A stretch of 32,000 bases of DNA, taken from positions 1 through 32,000 of the forward strand of contig NZ_CP065936.1 in the NCBI RefSeq assembly GCF_003367075.2, read 5' to 3'. The translations under genes and the position numbers were made by a program. Shown here one piece after another: positions 26,210 to 32,000 of the stretch (position 1 is the first letter of the stretch; each line of letters opens with the position of its first letter). This DNA comes from Cylindrospermopsis raciborskii Cr2010 (lineage in GTDB: Bacteria > Cyanobacteriota > Cyanobacteriia > Cyanobacteriales > Nostocaceae). Under the pieces are notes generated by a model, which did not search any database, had not been told where the DNA came from, and saw nothing but the letters and a program-made list of their open reading frames with translations.

Positions 26210-26935
26210 GTGCGAAAAATAGTTATTGCTGGTAACTGGAAAATGTTCAAAACCCAGGCGGAATCAGAGGAATTCCTGCGCGGATTTCTGCCTGAATTAG
26301 AGGAAACACCTTCTATAAGAGAGGTTGTATTGTGTCCCCCCTTTACAAACTTAAATGTTATGTCCAAATATTTACACGGTAGTCGTGTGGGTTTGGGCGC
26401 GCAAAATGTCCACTGGTCAGAAAATGGAGCCTATACGGGTGAAATTGCCGCCCCCATGCTCTTGGAAATAGGTGTTCGCTATGTTATTATTGGGCATAGT
26501 GAAAGACGGCAATATTTTGGCGAAACCGATGAAACTGTTAACCTGCGCCTTAAAGCTGCCCAAAATTATGGGCTAACCCCAATTCTCTGTGTGGGTGAAA
26601 CTAAACAACAACGAGATGCAGGGGAAACAGAAAAACTAATCTCTTACCAATTAAAACATGACTTGGTAGATGTAGACCAAACTAAACTGGTTATCGCATA
26701 CGAGCCAATTTGGGCAATTGGTACGGGGGACACTTGTGAGTCCGCAGAAGCAAATCGGGTCATTGGATTAATTCGCTCTCAATTGACTAATGATAAGGTG
26801 CCAATTCAGTATGGTGGTTCTGTGAAACCCAATAATATTGATGAAATCATGGCACAATCGGAAATAGATGGTGTTCTCGTCGGTGGCGCCAGTTTGGAAC
26901 CGGAAAGTTTTGCCAGAATTGTCAATTATCAATAG
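26210..26935 (+). CDS. tpiA: Triose-phosphate isomerase
   Basis: It has a GTG start. Diagnostic segments are [12 protein letters not shown]..., [19 protein letters not shown] and QYGGSV. Confidence 0.95.
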   Translation: MRKIVIAGNWKMFKTQAESEEFLRGFLPELEETPSIREVVLCPPFTNLNVMSKYLHGSRVGLGAQNVHWSENGAYTGEIAAPMLLEIGVRYVIIGHSERRQYFGETDETVNLRLKAAQNYGLTPILCVGETKQQRDAGETEKLISYQLKHDLVDVDQTKLVIAYEPIWAIGTGDTCESAEANRVIGLIRSQLTNDKVPIQYGGSVKPNNIDEIMAQSEIDGVLVGGASLEPESFARIVNYQ

Positions 26936-26963
26936 GTAAGGGGAGTAGGGGCCAAGGTCAATT

Positions 26964-27812
26964 ATGGCAAATCTAGCAAATAAATTAGTTATTCGACAAA
27001 GCTGTTTTAACTGGGGGACAAAAACCTATATAATGGGGATTTTAAATGTCACCCCCGACAGTTTTAGTGATGGTGGCGAATTCAACACAATTGCTAGTGC
27101 TGTAGCTCAAGCTCGCGCCATGATAGCTGCTGGGGCTGATATTATTGACATTGGTGGGCAATCAACTAGACCAGGGTCACAACAAATCACCCTCGCGGAA
27201 GAAATGGAACGGGTACTGCCAGTAATAAAGGTAATTAGACCAGAAGTGACTATACCCATTTCTATAGACACCACCAGAGCTGCTGTGGCCCAAGCCGCTG
27301 TCCAATTGGGTGCTGATATGGTTAATGATATTTCTGGTGGAACCTATGATCCAGAAATGTTGTCAACCGTGGCCAATCTAGATGTGCCCATTGTGCTGAT
27401 GCACATCCGAGGAACTCCCCAAACTATGCAAGAGTATGCTCAATACCAAGATGTGATAGGTGAGATTTATGATTTTTTGTCCCAGCAAGTAAATAGTGCA
27501 ATTACCTTGGGGATCAAACGAGAAAAAATAATTATTGATCCCGGTATTGGTTTTGCCAAAAATCATCAACAAAATCTACAAGTTATTCGGGAACTGTCTA
27601 GGTTAAAAAGCCTTGAACTCCCCATTTTAGTCGGCCCATCGAGGAAAAGTTTTATCGGTCAAATTTTGAACCAACCCAATGCAAAGGATCGTGTATGGGG
27701 AACGGCCGCAGCTTGTTGTGCAGCCATTTTTCATGGTGCTGACATTCTCAGAGTTCATGATGTTAGTGCCATACGAGACGTGTCCCTTGTTGCTGATGCT
27801 ATTTATAAGTAG
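26964..27812 (+). CDS. folP: Dihydropteroate synthase
   Basis: Diagnostic segments are GILNVTPDSFSDGG, DIGGQSTRPG, NDISGG, DPGIGFAK and SRKSFIG. Confidence 0.9.
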   Translation: MANLANKLVIRQSCFNWGTKTYIMGILNVTPDSFSDGGEFNTIASAVAQARAMIAAGADIIDIGGQSTRPGSQQITLAEEMERVLPVIKVIRPEVTIPISIDTTRAAVAQAAVQLGADMVNDISGGTYDPEMLSTVANLDVPIVLMHIRGTPQTMQEYAQYQDVIGEIYDFLSQQVNSAITLGIKREKIIIDPGIGFAKNHQQNLQVIRELSRLKSLELPILVGPSRKSFIGQILNQPNAKDRVWGTAAACCAAIFHGADILRVHDVSAIRDVSLVADAIYK

Positions 27813-27828
27813 GGCTAAGTAGGATTTG

Positions 27829-28668
27829 TCACTTTTTGCCATTACCGGGTCTCTTACCCTCATCTTCTGTTCCTGGTTGGGAAATTAACTCCTCAAACAT
27901 CCCCGTGGAATTAGCTGGATCTACAAAGACAATTTTGGCGTTATTGCTTTCTCCCAACTTCTGACTAGCTTGGACATAATCCTGGGCTACAAGATACCGT
28001 AAAATATCTTTACTTTCGGGATGGGAACGCAGCGCCTCGGAAATAATTTCCATAGATGTTCTAGTTCCCTCAGCTTTTTTGATTGCTGCTTGTCTTTCTC
28101 CCTCTGCTGCAGAAATCACTGCTCGCTTTTTAATTTCTGCTGCACGTTCTTCTTCCATGGATTTTCTTACGCTTTCTGGCGGTGTAATTCTTTGGAAATC
28201 TAAGCGCATGATTTCTACCCCCCAGGTCTGGGAGGTCAAGTTTAACTGGTCTAGTAGGGTATTGTCTATGTTTGACCTAGCCATGTTAGTTTCTTCTAGG
28301 GTGTTCTGCGCTAGAATTTCTCGCACTGTGGTCACTGCTAAATTGTTAAGTGCATCTTGTAGATCATCAACAGCATAAAAACTTCTTTCTATATCCACAA
28401 TACGCCAGTAAACTACCGCATCCACTTCTAGATAAATACCATCCTTGCTAATGACATTCTGGGGACTAATATCTAAAATCTGTTCTCTATTGGTGTCTTC
28501 CATGACGATTTGATCTAGTAAGGGAACTATAAAGTTAATTCCCGGTTTCAGTTTTCGATGATACCGCCCTAGACGTTCCACTAATGCTTCATTGCCTTGA
28601 CTAACCAATTTGGTAGATCCAAAGGCATAGCCCATAAGGGCTAAAGCTATAGCAATAATTGGCTCCAT
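27829..28668 (-). CDS. SPFH/band-7 (stomatin/prohibitin-like) membrane protein
   Basis: It has an N-terminal TM segment (MEPIIAIALALMGYAFG). The SPFH core is ERLGRYHRKLKPGINFIVPLLD...DAVVYWRIVD, followed by a coiled-coil AAEIKKRAVISAAEGERQAAI. AGGAG lies 5 nt upstream of the ATG at 28668, which I prefer over the track start at 28713. Confidence 0.8.
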   Translation of the reverse strand: MEPIIAIALALMGYAFGSTKLVSQGNEALVERLGRYHRKLKPGINFIVPLLDQIVMEDTNREQILDISPQNVISKDGIYLEVDAVVYWRIVDIERSFYAVDDLQDALNNLAVTTVREILAQNTLEETNMARSNIDNTLLDQLNLTSQTWGVEIMRLDFQRITPPESVRKSMEEERAAEIKKRAVISAAEGERQAAIKKAEGTRTSMEIISEALRSHPESKDILRYLVAQDYVQASQKLGESNNAKIVFVDPANSTGMFEELISQPGTEDEGKRPGNGKK

Positions 28669-28734
28669 ATATGCTCCTAAGCTCTTGGAAAATTGAGTAT
28701 AAAATGGCATCATATCATATAGTTAACAAAAAAG

Positions 28735-29595
28735 TTAACCCATATTCATTGCCAATAGGCAAGCTTTTTGACTAACATCTCGGTAAATATTTTGTAAGTG
28801 TTTCATGGTTGAGTCGCTACTAGAACCCAAGACGTGGACTGTATTCTCTTCATCTTTGGGTAGGGGAATATTTCCTAAAATATCCAATACCGTTTCTCCC
28901 ATGTTGGGAGAAATTACCACCAGGGATGAGTCTAGTGGGTCATTATATTGCCAAAAATAATTTATTTGATTATCACTTATTTGATTAGGGGTTGGGTTTA
29001 GTTGGGGGGAATTTTCTCCTTGGTTATTTTTTCTATGGATAGGTAGGTTAACTAATTTTTTCTGACCCCTTAATTTTCTTAAATCTTGAATTATTCTTTC
29101 TCTACTTCTACCCCGTAATTCAAATAGTACAAAAGGATCTTCACTCAGGCGATCGCTCAATTGATAATAAACAGCTCCGATGTGTTTGCAAGGTACTGCT
29201 GGATCTGGACAGGAACATTGACTATGGACATCATTCAAGGTAAAGGGAAATAATGAAAGTCCATTACTGGTGAATACATCTTCAATATTTTGAGGCATTT
29301 CTCCTGCTAGTAACTTAGCTGCAAACAGGGATTTATGCGACATATTTTCAATCACATAGCTCCATTCCTCATCACTAAATATATCAAGGGACAAGGAAAC
29401 TTGGTAGGGTTCAACTTCACTACCTTTCACCCGCGCTAGAACCTTGGATTTTTGAAATTCAATACTCAAAACGTTCCCTTGTCGAGAATAGTTTCTAGCT
29501 CTTTCTAACCGTTTTTTAAAACGATAGGAGTCCAATAGGTCTAACCATCTTTGGGACCACCATTCTCTGCTGATTTCTAAAGTTCTCTCTATCAT
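28735..29595 (-). CDS. SWIM zinc-finger protein
   Basis: The SWIM motif is CSCPDPAVPCKHIGAVYY (CxC...CxH). I prefer the start MIERTLEI at 29595, preceded by AAAGAGGGAAG. The longer track ORF (to 29670) would overlap the SNF2 gene end. Confidence 0.75.
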   Translation of the reverse strand: MIERTLEISREWWSQRWLDLLDSYRFKKRLERARNYSRQGNVLSIEFQKSKVLARVKGSEVEPYQVSLSLDIFSDEEWSYVIENMSHKSLFAAKLLAGEMPQNIEDVFTSNGLSLFPFTLNDVHSQCSCPDPAVPCKHIGAVYYQLSDRLSEDPFVLFELRGRSRERIIQDLRKLRGQKKLVNLPIHRKNNQGENSPQLNPTPNQISDNQINYFWQYNDPLDSSLVVISPNMGETVLDILGNIPLPKDEENTVHVLGSSSDSTMKHLQNIYRDVSQKACLLAMNMG

Positions 29596-29617
29596 ACTTC
29601 CCTCTTTAAAACCTAAA

Positions 29618-32000
29618 TTAATCTTCTTCGTCATCAACAATAGCGTTTCTATCCAGAAACAACAAATCACGTAATTGATCTGTATCCAGCTGGGTTAACC
29701 ATTCTTCACCGGAACTAATTACTTGCTGTGCCAATTGTTTTTTGCTTTCAATCATGTCATGGATCTTTTCTTCTAGAGTTCCCCTACAGACAAACTTGTG
29801 GACTTGGACATTCTGAGTTTGTCCAATTCTAAAAGCTCGGTCAGTTGCTTGGTTTTCCACTGCAGGATTCCACCATCTATCGAAATGAAAAACATAGTTT
29901 GCCCTAGTTAGGTTTAAACCCACACCCCCAGCTTTTAAAGACAAAATCATAATTGGTGGACCTTGTGGATCCTGTTGAAATCTATCTACCATTTCTTCTC
30001 TCTGCTTTTTGCCAGTAGTTCCATATAAAAAGAAAATCTCCCTGTCTAGATGCTTTGCTAAATAGGGCTGCAATAATTTTCCCAACTCTGCAAATTGGGT
30101 AAATATCAAAGCCCTACTCTTTTCTGCTATGACTTCTTCTAGCATTTCTTGTAAACGCTGCAACTTAGCGGAACTATACTTTTCCAGGCTAGACTCATGG
30201 AGGTATTGGGCGGGGTGATTACAAATTTGTTTTAGTTTTACTAACAAAGATAAAATCATGCCGCGACGTTGTAAACCACTAGCTGACTGAATTTCGCTCA
30301 AAGATTTATCAACGGCATTCTGATACAATTCTGCTTGCTCCTTAGTTAAACCACAAAATACAGTCATTTCTTGCTTTTGTGGTAAATCTTGAATAATGGA
30401 TTTATCCGATTTCAATCGTCGCAAAATAAAGGGTTGTACTAAGGAACGCAATTGATTTAAGGATGATACGTCACCATATTTTTCAATGGGTATAGCAAAT
30501 CGTCTTTGAAAAAATTGTTTATTACCCAAATAACCAGGATTCAGAAAATCCAGAATAGACCATAATTCCTGTAATCGGTTTTCCACGGGTGTTCCAGTTA
30601 AAGCAATACGAAATTTGGCTTCTAATTTGCGCACCGACTGAGATTGTTTAGAATCATAATTTTTGATGTTTTGAGCTTCATCTAAAACAATAACTTGCCA
30701 ATTAACAGTTTGCAATAACTTAAGATCCCGTTGCACCAAAGAATAACTAGTAATTACTAAATCCTGCTCCTTAGCACTCTCAGCAAACTTCTTACCTTTG
30801 GGACGTTTTTCACCATGAAATTCCAAAACCTTGAGTTGAGGGGCAAATTTTTTTATTTCCCTAGACCAGTTGCCCAAAACAGAAGTAGGACATAGGAGAA
30901 GACCGGGATTTTGTAAGGCATTTTTTTCTTGCAGATGTAGAAAAAAAACCAGAAACTGTACAGATTTTCCCAGTCCCATATCATCAGCTAAACAAGCACC
31001 CAAACCCCATCTTTCTAAAAAGGCTAACCAAGCAGCTCCTCTTTGTTGATAAGGTCGAAGCTGACCTTGAAAATTTTTGGGTAGGGGTAAAGGTTGAATA
31101 TCTTGGTTATCATTTAAGGTGGTAACTAAATCTTGTAATGCACCAGAAGCATCAAAACTAACAACTGGTAATTTTTCAATTACCTGGGTGTCACCTCTAC
31201 TAATTCTTATGGCTTCTTCTAAGGACAAAGATAAATCCTGTTTACGAGCAGCAAAAAAGTTTTGGGCAGTTTTAATGTCCTGTTCTCGCAGTTCTACCCA
31301 TTCACCGTTAATTTCTACCAAGGGACTATTTAAAGCCACTAATCGGTCAAATTCATCTGGAGAAATGGTCTGACCACCAATTGCCAATTGCCATTGGAAT
31401 TTTAATAAACTTTTTAAACCTAAATTCTGTTGTTTATTGTGTGGTGTTTCGGCGATAATTTGCAAACCTAAACGATTTGCCCAACCTTCACGATTAGCTA
31501 AGCTGGGAGGCAAAATTACCCCTAACCCATTATCCTCTAATCTCCCACTGACAGATTTAATAAACTGATATGCTTCCATAGGTTGAAGATAACAGCATTC
31601 CGGGAATTCTGTCTCTAAACTACTGGTAATCCCAGGATATAATCGGGAGGCTAAACCCAAACCCCGCAATAAAGTCTCTTGGGGTTTACTGACCTGGCGA
31701 TTTTCATACACCAATGTTTCCACTGGATTCTCCCATATGGTTTTGGCATCAATGAGAAATTGGTCATCATCAGTAGCTTGCAAAAAATAACCTAAACGCC
31801 AATCTGTTGTCCCTGTGGGTGGATGCAGTTGTAAACAAGTTCTAAAAGCTACTTTTTCTGTTAATTGGTGTTGTAAGGGCAATTGCCAAGATTTTAGGGT
31901 CTCTTTTAATCTCTCTAGGTCTATGGCATCCCCACACATTGGAGATGATCTATTCTTCAAACTGATCAAAGACTGGAACCATGGTTGCACTAATGATGGC
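29618..32000 (-). CDS. SNF2-family DNA-dependent ATPase/helicase (5' end outside the window)
   Basis: SNF2 motifs are present: LADDMGLGKS (I), VLDEAQNIKN (II), LTGTPVENRL (III), and the helicase-C region ALIFTQF...LKAGGVGLNLT...DRWWNPAVENQATDRAFRIGQ. The frame is still open at 32000, so the gene is partial. Confidence 0.9.
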   Translation of the reverse strand, partial: PSLVQPWFQSLISLKNRSSPMCGDAIDLERLKETLKSWQLPLQHQLTEKVAFRTCLQLHPPTGTTDWRLGYFLQATDDDQFLIDAKTIWENPVETLVYENRQVSKPQETLLRGLGLASRLYPGITSSLETEFPECCYLQPMEAYQFIKSVSGRLEDNGLGVILPPSLANREGWANRLGLQIIAETPHNKQQNLGLKSLLKFQWQLAIGGQTISPDEFDRLVALNSPLVEINGEWVELREQDIKTAQNFFAARKQDLSLSLEEAIRISRGDTQVIEKLPVVSFDASGALQDLVTTLNDNQDIQPLPLPKNFQGQLRPYQQRGAAWLAFLERWGLGACLADDMGLGKSVQFLVFFLHLQEKNALQNPGLLLCPTSVLGNWSREIKKFAPQLKVLEFHGEKRPKGKKFAESAKEQDLVITSYSLVQRDLKLLQTVNWQVIVLDEAQNIKNYDSKQSQSVRKLEAKFRIALTGTPVENRLQELWSILDFLNPGYLGNKQFFQRRFAIPIEKYGDVSSLNQLRSLVQPFILRRLKSDKSIIQDLPQKQEMTVFCGLTKEQAELYQNAVDKSLSEIQSASGLQRRGMILSLLVKLKQICNHPAQYLHESSLEKYSSAKLQRLQEMLEEVIAEKSRALIFTQFAELGKLLQPYLAKHLDREIFFLYGTTGKKQREEMVDRFQQDPQGPPIMILSLKAGGVGLNLTRANYVFHFDRWWNPAVENQATDRAFRIGQTQNVQVHKFVCRGTLEEKIHDMIESKKQLAQQVISSGEEWLTQLDTDQLRDLLFLDRNAIVDDEED

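Noticed and set aside
28735-29670. Long form of the SWIM ORF (311 aa) overlapping the SNF2 gene by 53 nt
   Set aside because: The extra N-terminal 25 aa (MICCFWIETLLLMTKKINLGFKEGS) has odd composition. A strong RBS (AAAGAGGGAAG) precedes the internal ATG at 29595.
28735-32000. SNF2 + SWIM (+ SPFH) as a phage-defence island (DISARM/BREX/Zorya-like)
   Set aside because: No methyltransferase, PLD nuclease, DUF1998, PglZ or ZorAB-type partners are present. The flanks are core metabolism genes (folP, tpiA), and nothing indicates mobility.
1-32000. CRISPR arrays, tRNA/rRNA genes, prophage or integrase genes
   Set aside because: Reading both strands, I saw no regularly spaced direct repeats, no tRNA-like cloverleaf signatures (for example GGTTCGAATCC-type T-arms), and no integrase, capsid or terminase-like ORFs.

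Overview
This is a cyanobacterial chromosomal segment. The 8-mer GCGATCGC (HIP1) occurs 18 times by my count, psbI is present, and the AT-rich composition and gene content look Nostocales-like; the taxon is an inference. Most of the window is ordinary core housekeeping: smc (5' end), ftsH, nadD-nrtR-nadE, sppA, fni (IDI-2), an lptD-like gene, psbI, glgP, tpiA, folP, an SPFH protein and an SNF2 helicase with a SWIM protein. There are also several conserved genes of unknown function: an eRF1-like protein, an orphan KdpD-N/USP protein, a DUF2157 plus GDYXXLXY pair, and two paralogous GTPase-DUF697 proteins.

The only clearly accessory stretch is 16.36-17.83 kb. A 1048-bp IS630-family element, with 26/30 imperfect terminal inverted repeats and a TA target duplication, sits inside a 124-codon relic. 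That relic is an in-frame fusion of the N-terminus of an Eco29kI-like GIY-YIG restriction endonuclease to the last ~42 codons of a C5 DNA methyltransferase, so it is a dead type II R-M operon. A second decay event is a ~45-codon N-terminal remnant of nicotinate phosphoribosyltransferase (pncB) upstream of nadD. It lies behind a near-consensus promoter overlapped by a TTTATGGT-N7-ACCATAAA palindrome, which is a candidate NrtR operator.

I found no CRISPR array, tRNA or rRNA gene, and no convincing complete novel defence system. The best candidates for undescribed biology are:
- the tightly packed eRF1-like / KdpD-N-USP / RNA m5C-methyltransferase operon at 367-3625;
- the ~1.07 kb ORF-free region upstream of glgP;
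- a small orphan transcription unit at 3659-3975.

All family assignments come from reading motifs in the translations. No database search was run.
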